In this document: in pieces, positions 51,159-60,480 of the stretch
How the letters are laid out: the number at the start of each line of letters is the position of its first letter
Position numbering within the stretch: position 1 is the stretch's first letter
From: Planctomycetota bacterium
GTDB lineage: Bacteria > Planctomycetota > UBA8108 > UBA1146
Assembly: GCA_036338595.1 (NCBI GenBank)
Contig: JAYZBV010000073.1
Location: forward strand, 1 to 64,000
Length of the DNA stretch: 64,000 bases
Direction: 5' to 3'
Translations under genes and position numbers: made by a program
Notes under the pieces: model-generated
The model's database searches: none
What the model saw: only the letters and a program-made list of their open reading frames with translations
Told to the model about the DNA's origin: nothing

Positions 51159-52655
51159 ATGCTGCAGAATAGTGCTCTCACACCGGAGATCGAGGAATGG
51201 CGCGGTATCATCCGTCAGCATGCGACCGACTGTGGCCTCGATTTTTTCGAGGTTCTCTATGAACTGGTTGATTACGACGAGATGAACATGATTGCAGCTT
51301 ACGGTGGCTTTCCGGTGCGTTACCCGCACTGGCGCTGGGGGATGCAGTTCGAGGAATTGCAGAAACAGTACTCGTATGGTCTGGCGAAGATCTACGAACT
51401 TGTGATCAATAACGACCCCTGCTACGCGTACCTGATGCGCTGCAACCCTCTGGTCGACCAGAAACTGGTGATGGCCCATGTATATGGGCACAGCGACTTC
51501 TTCAAGAATAATTGCTGGTTCACTCATACCAACCGCAAGATGGTGGACACGATCTCCAACCATGCGGTCAGAATCCGCAGGCACATCGACGAACACGGTC
51601 AAGATGCCGTCGAGGAATTCATCGATGTCTGTCTGTCGCTTGAAAACCTGATAGATCCACACCTGCCCTACTTCTCCTCCCCGGATGCCAGTTCCCAAGA
51701 AAATCATGAGGAAGCGAGTAATGGCACATCGCCAGCACGATTCTTGACGATGCCTTACATGGAAGAATTCGTCAATCCACCCGAAGTTCTCGCAAGGGAA
51801 AAAGAGGAAGTCCTCAATCGGATCGATGCCTCACATAAGTTTCCAGAACATGAGGAGCGCGATGTCCTTCGCTTCTTGCTGCATCACGGACAGTTGAGAA
51901 GTTGGCAGCGTGACGTGCTCTCGATTATCAGGGAAGAGGCCTACTACTTCATACCTCAGGGGATGACAAAGATCATGAATGAGGGTTGGGCATCGTTCTG
52001 GCACTCCAGGATGATGACGACAAAGATCCTCGATTCATCGGAAGTGATTGACTATGCGGATCATCACTCAGGTACGCTGTGCTGTAACCCAGGGTCAATA
52101 AATCCATACAAACTGGGTATTGAATTGTTCCGGGATATCGAGCAGCGCTGGGATTCCGGTCGCCATGGCAAGGAATGGGATACATGCGAGGACTTGCATG
52201 GCAAGACCGACTGGGATGATGGAAAGCACAGTGGTCTGGATAAGATCTTCGAGGTGCGACGCAGTCACAACGACATCACGTTCATCGATGAGTTTCTTAC
52301 CGAGGAGTTTTGCGATCAGCACCGGCTGTTCAACTACAAGTTTGATCGCCAGTTGGGACAATATGTTCTAGACGGCAGGGACTTTGCGACCATCAAGAGC
52401 ACGTTCCTCGATCAACTCTCCAATTGTGGTAGGCCCCGGATACATGTCGAGGATGGAAATTACTGCAACAGGGGAGAACTGCTCCTTCAGCATGTCTGGT
52501 CGGGAACCCCGTTGAAACTCGATTATGCGCGCAGAACCCTGGAGAATTTATATCGGATCTGGGGCCGGCCGGTTCACATCGAGACGCAGGTCGACGGAAA
52601 GACCAAGATCCTCGGATACAATGGTTCTCGTCACGATGAGCGAACCAACGTGTAA
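51159..52655 (+). CDS. spoVR: SpoVR/YcgB-family protein
   Basis: RYPHWRWG, IYELVINNDP, HVYGHSDFFKNN, TKIMNEGWASFWH and NPYKLG. Confidence 0.93.
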   Translation: MLQNSALTPEIEEWRGIIRQHATDCGLDFFEVLYELVDYDEMNMIAAYGGFPVRYPHWRWGMQFEELQKQYSYGLAKIYELVINNDPCYAYLMRCNPLVDQKLVMAHVYGHSDFFKNNCWFTHTNRKMVDTISNHAVRIRRHIDEHGQDAVEEFIDVCLSLENLIDPHLPYFSSPDASSQENHEEASNGTSPARFLTMPYMEEFVNPPEVLAREKEEVLNRIDASHKFPEHEERDVLRFLLHHGQLRSWQRDVLSIIREEAYYFIPQGMTKIMNEGWASFWHSRMMTTKILDSSEVIDYADHHSGTLCCNPGSINPYKLGIELFRDIEQRWDSGRHGKEWDTCEDLHGKTDWDDGKHSGLDKIFEVRRSHNDITFIDEFLTEEFCDQHRLFNYKFDRQLGQYVLDGRDFATIKSTFLDQLSNCGRPRIHVEDGNYCNRGELLLQHVWSGTPLKLDYARRTLENLYRIWGRPVHIETQVDGKTKILGYNGSRHDERTNV

Positions 52656-52831
52656 TTGCCCCTGGGAGGCGTCACGGGTGCCCGAGTGGCGGTAATCCAC
52701 CTATAAACCATACCCTTCTGGACGGCTCGACTTGAATCTCGAAGCCATCTCTTCGATGATGCAATGCGTAGGAGGCTGCCAGCGGGGATCGCCTCCTTCC
52801 TGCGTCATTGATCCCCTGGCCAGGAGTTCCG

Positions 52832-55800
52832 ATGCGTCCGGCACGGTTCGTCACCGCAGCTAGTCTTTTCGACGGCCACGATGCATCCATCAACATCATG
52901 CGCAGGGTTCTCCAGGATCAGGGAGCAGAGGTCATCCATCTGGGCCACAACCGAAGCGCAGAGGAAATCGTAGACACGGCAATCCAGGAGGACGCCGATG
53001 CCATCGCCGTCTCTTCCTACCAGGGCGGGCATAACGAGTTCTTTCGTTACATGAGGGATCTACTGGTCGAGAAAGGGTCGCCGTGGATTCGCATCTTTGG
53101 AGGTGGTGGCGGAGTAATCATCGAGGATGAGATCAACGCACTCCACGATTACGGGATCGATCGTATCTACTCCCCCGCAGATGGCCGTGAAATGGGCCTC
53201 GAAGGAATGATTCGCGACATGCTCAAGCGAGTCGGATCGGTCAATGGGATGGCGGAGCGTGGGGATGCGCTACCGCAGAGGATCACGCTTGTTGAGCTGG
53301 GAGAAGTTTTCGAGCCCAATAAAAAGCAGGTGCCCGTTGTTGGATTGACGGGAACTGGAGGTGCAGGTAAGTCTTCGCTCACTGATGAAGTCCTCAGGAG
53401 ATTTCTGCAGGACTTTCCCGAACGAAGATTCGCAGTGATCACTGTTGATCCAACCAAGAGACGCACAGGAGGCGCACTGCTGGGGGATCGGATTCGCATC
53501 AACAGCGCTGACAATCCTCGCGCATATGTTCGATCTCTGGCGACACGTTCGAGTGGAGTAGAAGTTCCCGAGACGATCCGTGGCGCAGTGGAGCAGGTTC
53601 AATCTGAAGGATTTGATCTGGTGCTGCTGGAGACCTCCGGCATCGGTCAGGGCGATAGCCGCATCACCGACCTGGCGGATCTCTCCGTCTATGTCATGAC
53701 TCCTGAGTACGGGGCAGCTTCTCAACTCGAGAAGATCGACATGATTGATTTTGCAGACATCGTCATCCTCAACAAGTTCGATCGACCAGGAGCCCGGGAT
53801 GCGATCAGGGATGTTCGAAAGCAATTTCGCAGGAGCCGTGGGATCTTCGATCCTGAGGTAAAAGATGAAGATCTGGCAGTGTTCGGGACCACCGCAAGTC
53901 ACTTCAATGATGCCGGCGTCGAGAAGTTTTACGGCCATCTGCTCGCCACCTTGAGTGAGGCCGACGGTGAGAACTGGCTGATACAAAACGATAGAGTTTC
54001 AGTCGATGGCGCAGATCGCCCCGCCCCGATTCCTTCCGAGCGAGCGGGATACCTGCTTGAGATCGTCAGTGGAATCGCGGAGTACCACCGAGGTGTCGAG
54101 GACTCTGCCAGGATAGCCTCTGATGCCCAGGCGCTACTGCGCAGCGCAGAGTTGATTGAAGCGCAGAATCCGGAGGCGGGTGAACGTCTCAAGGAGATGG
54201 CGTTCACGATCAAGGGCTCGATCGATCCCAGAGTTCTGAAAATCCTGGAGGCCTGGCCAGAAGTGGCTGCTGCATATCGTGAAGAGGAACTGGTCTTCGG
54301 CGTCAGAGACAAAGAGATCCGAGAACCTCTACACTTCGAATCGCTGTCGGGAAACAAGATCTCAAGGGTGGCGCTTCCTCGGCTGCAGGGTCAGGGAGAT
54401 CTCACCCGCTGGCTGTTGAAGGAAAACCTGCCGGGACATTTCCCCTTCACGGCAGGAGTGTTTCCATTCCGCAGGCGCGATGAACATCCGAAGCGAATGT
54501 TTGCTGGTGAAGGACCGCCAGAGAAGACAAACGAGAGGTTCCATTATCTGTGTGAAGGTGAAGATGTACATCGACTCTCCACCGCTTTCGATTCGGTCAC
54601 TCTGTATGGAGAGGATCCTGATCTTCGCCCTGACATCTATGGCAAGGTCGGAGAAAGTGGCGTCAGCATCTGCAATCTTGACGACATGAAGAAACTCTAT
54701 GATGGATTTGATCTTTGCTCCCCGAGCACTTCGGTCTCGATGACGATCAATGGGCCAGCCCCGATGATTCTCGCGATGTATTTCAATGCCGCCTTCGATC
54801 AGCAGATCGACCAGTTCCGACAGAAAAATGGCACAGAGCCATCTCAGGAGCAGTTGATAGAGATACAGCGCCATGTCCTACGCAGCGTCAGGGGGACAGT
54901 GCAGGCAGATATCCTCAAGGAGGATCAGGCGCAGAACACTTGCATCTTCAGCACCGATTTTGCACTTCGAATGATGGGAGACATCCAGCAGTTCTTCATC
55001 GAGGAGCAGGTCAGGAATTACTATTCCGTTTCCATCAGTGGATATCATATCGCTGAGGCCGGGGCGAACCCCATCTCTCAACTGGCGTTCACCCTCGCCA
55101 ATGGGTTTACCTATGTCGAGTACTACCTCTCCCGTGGCATGGAAATCGATGACTTCGCCAGGAACCTGTCCTTTTTCTTCTCCAACGGACTCGATGCGGA
55201 ATACGCAGTTCTCGGCAGGGTTGCACGCAGAATCTGGGCCATTGCGATGCGAGATGTTTATGGTGCAAATGAACGAAGCCAGAAGTTGAAGTATCACATT
55301 CAAACGTCCGGCCGCTCGCTGCACGCCATGGAGATCGACTTCAACGACATCCGAACGACGTTACAGGCATTGATGGCCTACTACGATCAGTGCAATTCGC
55401 TACACACGAACGCATTTGATGAAGCGATCACGACCCCCACTCAGGATTCAGTCCGAAGGGCGATGGCGATCCAGCTCATCGTGGCCAAGGAACTGGGGCT
55501 GGCTCAGAATGACAATCCTATTCAGGGCGCCTTCATCACCGATGAGTTGACTGAACTCGTCGAGGCAGCGGTGCTCGATGAGTTCCGTCGTTTGCATGAG
55601 AGAGGTGGAGTGCTGGGTGCGATGGAGCGTCAGTACCAGCGATCGAGGATCCAGGAGGAGTCGCTCCTGTATGAGCACCGGAAGCAATCCGGAGACCTGC
55701 CGATCGTCGGCATCAATACATTTCTCAGACCCGAGCAGGAACTGAAGCAGCCGCGCAAGATCGAACTTCGCCGTGCTACTCCCGAGCAGAAGCAGCAGCG

Positions 55801-55993
55801 TCTGGTCGATCTGGAGAACTTCCATGAGGTGCATGCCGATGCAGTGTCTCCAGCGCTGGAGAGATTGAAGGAGGTGGCCCTGACCGGAGGAAACATCTTC
55901 AGGGAACTCATCGCCACGGTTCGCGTGGCAAGCCTCGGTCAGATCACGCGGGCGCTCTATGATGTCGGCGGGCGTTACAGAAGAAATATGTGA
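52832..55993 (+). CDS. icmF: Fused isobutyryl-CoA mutase / MeaI GTPase (B12-dependent)
   Basis: FDGHDASINIMRR B12-binding domain, GTGGAGKSS GTPase, mutase barrel with RMFAGEG, C-terminal GGRYRRNM. ATG behind AGGAG. Confidence 0.92.
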   Translation: MRPARFVTAASLFDGHDASINIMRRVLQDQGAEVIHLGHNRSAEEIVDTAIQEDADAIAVSSYQGGHNEFFRYMRDLLVEKGSPWIRIFGGGGGVIIEDEINALHDYGIDRIYSPADGREMGLEGMIRDMLKRVGSVNGMAERGDALPQRITLVELGEVFEPNKKQVPVVGLTGTGGAGKSSLTDEVLRRFLQDFPERRFAVITVDPTKRRTGGALLGDRIRINSADNPRAYVRSLATRSSGVEVPETIRGAVEQVQSEGFDLVLLETSGIGQGDSRITDLADLSVYVMTPEYGAASQLEKIDMIDFADIVILNKFDRPGARDAIRDVRKQFRRSRGIFDPEVKDEDLAVFGTTASHFNDAGVEKFYGHLLATLSEADGENWLIQNDRVSVDGADRPAPIPSERAGYLLEIVSGIAEYHRGVEDSARIASDAQALLRSAELIEAQNPEAGERLKEMAFTIKGSIDPRVLKILEAWPEVAAAYREEELVFGVRDKEIREPLHFESLSGNKISRVALPRLQGQGDLTRWLLKENLPGHFPFTAGVFPFRRRDEHPKRMFAGEGPPEKTNERFHYLCEGEDVHRLSTAFDSVTLYGEDPDLRPDIYGKVGESGVSICNLDDMKKLYDGFDLCSPSTSVSMTINGPAPMILAMYFNAAFDQQIDQFRQKNGTEPSQEQLIEIQRHVLRSVRGTVQADILKEDQAQNTCIFSTDFALRMMGDIQQFFIEEQVRNYYSVSISGYHIAEAGANPISQLAFTLANGFTYVEYYLSRGMEIDDFARNLSFFFSNGLDAEYAVLGRVARRIWAIAMRDVYGANERSQKLKYHIQTSGRSLHAMEIDFNDIRTTLQALMAYYDQCNSLHTNAFDEAITTPTQDSVRRAMAIQLIVAKELGLAQNDNPIQGAFITDELTELVEAAVLDEFRRLHERGGVLGAMERQYQRSRIQEESLLYEHRKQSGDLPIVGINTFLRPEQELKQPRKIELRRATPEQKQQRLVDLENFHEVHADAVSPALERLKEVALTGGNIFRELIATVRVASLGQITRALYDVGGRYRRNM

Positions 55994-56009
55994 TCCAGAA
56001 CGCTAGCGA

Positions 56010-56372
56010 TCAGCCGGCATTTCTCCTTCTTGCAGCAGACCATCCGAGTAGAACGAAGCCAAGAAACGACAGCCAGCCGTGCCCAGTGATCCAGTTGTGA
56101 GATGTCTCGGCTGAGGTGAGTCCCAGCATCGGAATCAATATGACCCCCATGGCGATCGATAGGCACAGCCATGCGAGTGTCGAGATGACTTCCCCACGGC
56201 CCCTGACGAACCAACTCATGACGACAAGCAAGGCAGCCAGCGGCGAGGCGATGAGTAGATGAAGCAGTAACCAGTTGCCTCGAAGATCTACATCGAGCGG
56301 AAGGCCCGGGATGGCGGTGATGGCTGCCACCACGACCAGTACCAGTGAGAGTCTGGAGATCTTTAATCTCAT
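56010..56372 (-). CDS. Small 4-TM membrane protein, possible heme-b membrane anchor
   Basis: Four hydrophobic segments with His in LLLHLL and TGHGW; its ATG overlaps the cytochrome stop (ATGA). Confidence 0.65.
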   Translation of the reverse strand: MRLKISRLSLVLVVVAAITAIPGLPLDVDLRGNWLLLHLLIASPLAALLVVMSWFVRGRGEVISTLAWLCLSIAMGVILIPMLGLTSAETSHNWITGHGWLSFLGFVLLGWSAARRRNAG

Positions 56373-58057
56373 GACGATTCCCTGTCGATGGATTTCCACA
56401 GTGACAGGAGTCCGCCAAAGATGGCGAGTGATGCGCAGATGGTGAAGTAAATCTTGCCCAGGTCTCTACCGGTGAACAAGAGCGCCCATCGCTGCCATAG
56501 ATTTCGATCCACGATTCCCTGGTCGAGAGGTGAGCGGGCGACCACAACTGAGTCGATGGGCAGCAGTGTCGTGGCGCCGATGGCGCTGTCGATCCAACGA
56601 CTGGCGACCGAATGACAATCGGTACACCCCTGAGCGCCCACGGCAGTGCGGGCCGGGCGGACCGGATGAGAGATGGCCCAGTGAACCGGAGATGCAGCGG
56701 TCGATGAGAAGGACTCCAACTTCCCATCGCCGCTCGATCGATGCGCCAGACCTCCGCTGATGAGGACAGCGGTTTGCCCGTCTGCAAGAGGAGACTGAAG
56801 TTGCTGCAGCGCCCTGTCGAGGTGGGCCGATGCGCTTTCGCCCGACAGTTCTTCAGAGACCTCAGCGACCAGATCTGCGCGCACACGCAGGGCCCTGCGA
56901 AGTGGTCTGCGTAAATCTGCTGGGGAGAGAAATGAGAACTCCCCCGCTGCATCGAGGACGCCCCAGCCGTTGGGCCAACTGGTTCGAACGGGACCGATGA
57001 TGCCCGCCTCATCTCTGAGCAGCCCGTTTGCGATGATCCGTGGAGGTGTGTTGGGGAGCCGTAGTTGGCTCGGTTCACCGAGGCGGTGCGCTCTGGATGT
57101 CCACTGCTGGATGGGGCTCACAGTCGGTGATGGACCCGAGTGGCAAGCGGTGCAGTGAATTTCATCGAGATGGAACGGTGGCAAGCCACGGTGCTGCGGG
57201 ATCGGGGCCCCCAGGCCGCCACCGTCCGGGTCGAGATGGCAGCCGCGACAACTGAGAGCGGAGACATCCCGTCCGGAAGGGTGCACCTCCTCCTCGAAGC
57301 CACGCACCATGTGGTGATCGATACCAGATCGGTGGCAGTCGACACAGGTGAGACCTGCTGCCAGATGCACGTCCTGCTCGTGGAGCCAGCCTCGACCGCC
57401 GTCGCTGTCCAGATCCCTGACGGTATGGCAACGAAAACAGGTTTCATTCCCCGCATCGGAGAGCAGTTTCCATTCGACCTGACCCTTTGAATCGAACTCT
57501 CGTGGGTCGTATTTTCCGTCAGGATCGAGAATCCCGACCGCATGAAATGGTGCGAGATTCACATCACCGGAATCGATCTTTTCTATTCGCTTCGAGAAGC
57601 TGTAGCCCTCTGCGAGATGGCAAACGAGGCAATCAGAAGCGGAGCCGAGGGTTGTGTCATGGCGTCCGAAGGTGCGACTCCAACTGGTAGCGTCCATCCC
57701 GAGAGCATCCGGATGCTGATATCCTGGCCAGGAGCGCTGATGAACGGGCAGTCTGGTGGCGCTGCGGGGGTCGACGAGGAACCACGGTTCACCCGCCCTG
57801 CCATCGGGACCCTCCTTGCCATGCAGCCCTCCAGAAGCGGCCTCGACATCGTGACAGGGGGCGCAACTTCTGGCGAGATCGGGGGTGGTTGCATCGGGAT
57901 CGAAGGGATCGATCTCACGTCCGGTAGCGTCTCGAAGAGTGATCCGATGCAGGTATGGATCATCGGAATCGGTGCGTTTCCATGTCGCTTCCTGAGCATC
58001 GATGCTGCAGCACAACAGCGACATCAACAGCAGCAGTGAAAACGCTGACCTAATCAT
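56369..58057 (-). CDS. Multiheme cytochrome c (7 CxxCH), signal peptide and C-terminal TM
   Basis: CAPCH, CLVCH, CFRCH, CVDCH, CRGCH, CTACH and CTDCH. Confidence 0.9.
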   Translation of the reverse strand: MIRSAFSLLLLMSLLCCSIDAQEATWKRTDSDDPYLHRITLRDATGREIDPFDPDATTPDLARSCAPCHDVEAASGGLHGKEGPDGRAGEPWFLVDPRSATRLPVHQRSWPGYQHPDALGMDATSWSRTFGRHDTTLGSASDCLVCHLAEGYSFSKRIEKIDSGDVNLAPFHAVGILDPDGKYDPREFDSKGQVEWKLLSDAGNETCFRCHTVRDLDSDGGRGWLHEQDVHLAAGLTCVDCHRSGIDHHMVRGFEEEVHPSGRDVSALSCRGCHLDPDGGGLGAPIPQHRGLPPFHLDEIHCTACHSGPSPTVSPIQQWTSRAHRLGEPSQLRLPNTPPRIIANGLLRDEAGIIGPVRTSWPNGWGVLDAAGEFSFLSPADLRRPLRRALRVRADLVAEVSEELSGESASAHLDRALQQLQSPLADGQTAVLISGGLAHRSSGDGKLESFSSTAASPVHWAISHPVRPARTAVGAQGCTDCHSVASRWIDSAIGATTLLPIDSVVVARSPLDQGIVDRNLWQRWALLFTGRDLGKIYFTICASLAIFGGLLSLWKSIDRESS

Positions 58058-59219
58058 CCTGGTCGGGCTCTTGCTTTTCGATGGGGGCTCTCAGTTCCTT
58101 GTATCCCTCTTTCAACTGGCGCTGAATCGACTCGACCCCTGGATCCCACCAGCGAGCTTGCTCCGATGCGGCAGGTGGTTTTTCCGGACGAACGAGGCGA
58201 AAGCCGACATGGAAGGCATCGGTGCACCACCAGAGACTCTTCGGGATCTGTGGATCTCGCTTCTGCCACTTCCGAGTCGACGATGCTCTGGACGCTGAGC
58301 GACATCGTTCGGGGTCGTCCTGCCAGGAGCCTCCCCTGACCACAGCAGGCCAGATTTTTATCGGCCAGTTCACCGCATCCGAGTAGAGCAACTTCTGACC
58401 GCTCAGTTCGCTGTAGCCTTCTTCAGAATAGGCATCGAGGGTCCATTCGGACACATTGCCGTAGAGATCGTGGACACCCCATCGATTGGGAGCCAGGGTG
58501 CCGACCCTCCGGTATCCCGCTCCCAGACCCGGGTATCCCGAATCGGGATCCTCGTACTCACTGTTGTCGAAGTACCAGGCGTATCTGTCCAGTTGACTGG
58601 CATCATCGCCGAAGGAGTAGGCGCTCTGCTGACCGCAGCGAGCCGCATACTCCCACTCCGCTTCCGTCGGCAGCCGAATGAACTGTCCCGTCTTCTTTGA
58701 CAGCCACTTGGAAAATTGCATGGCGGCGAACTGAGTCACATCTGCGACCGGGTAACCGCCCGAGGTACCCAGGCCATCGAGGATGGGCCGCGAGTCCTGT
58801 TCCCAGAGAGGGGTCGGGATACTGACGGCATCGGCCCACACCGATTCACTGGATCGATCACCTGGGATTCGACCATCCTGGAGAATCCCGTACTGCTGCC
58901 GGAACAGGTCGAAGGCATCCCAGGTCACCTCGCACTTCATGATCGAGAAGGGTTCCACCGTGACGGTCCAGGTCGGTCCCTCATCTTTCGTGCGTCCCTT
59001 TTCACTCGCCGGTGAACCGATCTGGATCGTTGTGGGATAGCCATCCTTGCCGACCGGAATCGATACCCAGGTGATCTCGACCTTCGAGCCGGGAATCTGC
59101 TGTGTCTGCGTTTTCACGAGCGTCTCGTCGGCAACTTCCAGAACCGGATGGGCCTCGGCAGGGGCTGAAGGCAGCGTCTGAAGTGCAGTGGATAACAGGG
59201 TCGAGAAGAGCAGGTTCAA
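58050..59219 (-). CDS. FGE-sulfatase (SUMF1-like) domain protein, exported
   Basis: RLPTEAEWEYAAR, PNRWGVHDLYGNVSEW, RGGSW and VGFRLV. TTG 59219 behind AAGGA (start uncertain). Confidence 0.85.
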   Translation of the reverse strand: MNLLFSTLLSTALQTLPSAPAEAHPVLEVADETLVKTQTQQIPGSKVEITWVSIPVGKDGYPTTIQIGSPASEKGRTKDEGPTWTVTVEPFSIMKCEVTWDAFDLFRQQYGILQDGRIPGDRSSESVWADAVSIPTPLWEQDSRPILDGLGTSGGYPVADVTQFAAMQFSKWLSKKTGQFIRLPTEAEWEYAARCGQQSAYSFGDDASQLDRYAWYFDNSEYEDPDSGYPGLGAGYRRVGTLAPNRWGVHDLYGNVSEWTLDAYSEEGYSELSGQKLLYSDAVNWPIKIWPAVVRGGSWQDDPERCRSASRASSTRKWQKRDPQIPKSLWWCTDAFHVGFRLVRPEKPPAASEQARWWDPGVESIQRQLKEGYKELRAPIEKQEPDQDD

Positions 59220-59340
59220 GGGTGTCCTTCCGGTGATCGATCGCTCTACCTGCCCGGCAGATGCCAGTTGGTAGGTGCCCACGGACTCCGCAGGCGGGTA
59301 CAAGGCACGCATGATGTCTCACTACCTCGCTCCCGTCCAG

Positions 59341-60432
59341 ATGTCACGACCTGGCGCAGCAGAACTCATTTCGCTGATCAGGAGGAATCGTCATCCCCTG
59401 CTGTTGTGGCTCCTGATCCTCTGCTGTGGCTGTCAGGCTCCCCTGCACAGGGTGCAGATCGATCACGGTGCCATGGGTACCCGCTTCCGGATCACGGCAT
59501 TTCATCGAGATCGTGACACCGTCGAAGAGGTGTCCCGATTGGCGGTGGCCAGGATCGACCAGATCGAGAAGTCCTGCTCGGACTGGGATTCCAGCAGCGA
59601 ATTGAGAAGGCTGTGTCGATCTGCCCCTCACGGAGAACCGGTGGCTGTCAGTGATGATTTGCTCGAGGTTCTGGCGCGGTCGGTGGCGATCTCGAAGGCG
59701 AGCAACGGCGCATTTGACCCGACCGTTGGTTCTCTCGTCAGGTTATGGCGCAGGTGCCACCAGGCGGGGCGGCTCCCGCGCGAACATGAACTGGAGCGAG
59801 CAAGGGAGGGAATGGGTATCGATGGCATCGTGATCGATAGGGCTGGTGGAACCGTACAACTGTTACGCAAGGGAATCGCCATCGACCTCGGCGGGATTGC
59901 CAAGGGATTTGCGGTGGCTGAAGCGTTCGATGAGATGGAGAGGGCAGGCATCTGTCATCTGATCATCGATGGTGGCGGAGACCTGGTACTCGGAGATCCT
60001 CCGCCTGGGCGGGATGGTTGGCGGATCGAGATCGCAGCGTCTGCAGATCAGGAATCGGAAACGGCTCGACCACTTCGGCTACTTGTCCACGGTCGCGGCG
60101 CCATCGCGACCAGTGGAGATGCGAGTCGATTCATCCATATCGGAGATCGGCGATACAGCCATATCCTTGATCCGGTTACCGGAGTTGGCATCGAGGGACC
60201 CCACGCTGCCACGGTTTTTTCCGAGGATGGTGCCACCGCAGACGCTCTTGCCACTGCGATCTCCGTACTCGAGCCCGCTGCCGCTGAAAAACTGATCCGT
60301 GACTTTCCCGGTTCTTCAGCGCTGCTGGTGAATCCCCTGGATGGGACTCTTCAGGTGCTGGGAGAGATCCCGGCGACCTTCATTCACAGCAGAACCACCT
60401 CTGGAGAAGCGTCCTTCTGGTCAGTACCATGA
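59341..60432 (+). CDS. apbE: FAD:protein FMN transferase ApbE, probable lipoprotein
   Basis: AMGT, AFDPTVG, DLGGIAKG, ATSGD, SHILDPVTG and ADALATA; LCCGC lipobox. Start uncertain. Confidence 0.92.
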   Translation: MSRPGAAELISLIRRNRHPLLLWLLILCCGCQAPLHRVQIDHGAMGTRFRITAFHRDRDTVEEVSRLAVARIDQIEKSCSDWDSSSELRRLCRSAPHGEPVAVSDDLLEVLARSVAISKASNGAFDPTVGSLVRLWRRCHQAGRLPREHELERAREGMGIDGIVIDRAGGTVQLLRKGIAIDLGGIAKGFAVAEAFDEMERAGICHLIIDGGGDLVLGDPPPGRDGWRIEIAASADQESETARPLRLLVHGRGAIATSGDASRFIHIGDRRYSHILDPVTGVGIEGPHAATVFSEDGATADALATAISVLEPAAAEKLIRDFPGSSALLVNPLDGTLQVLGEIPATFIHSRTTSGEASFWSVP

Positions 60433-60480
60433 AGGCTGTCTCCCAGGCTCAGGAGATCAGCTCAATGAAATGGGGTATTC

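Noticed and set aside
48004..52655. prkA/spoVR as evidence of sporulation
   Set aside because: The yeaG-yeaH-ycgB trio is widespread in non-sporulating bacteria as a stress module.
52656..52831. Cobalamin riboswitch upstream of icmF
   Set aside because: Some pairing potential exists, but I could not identify B12-box consensus elements; an Rfam scan would settle it.
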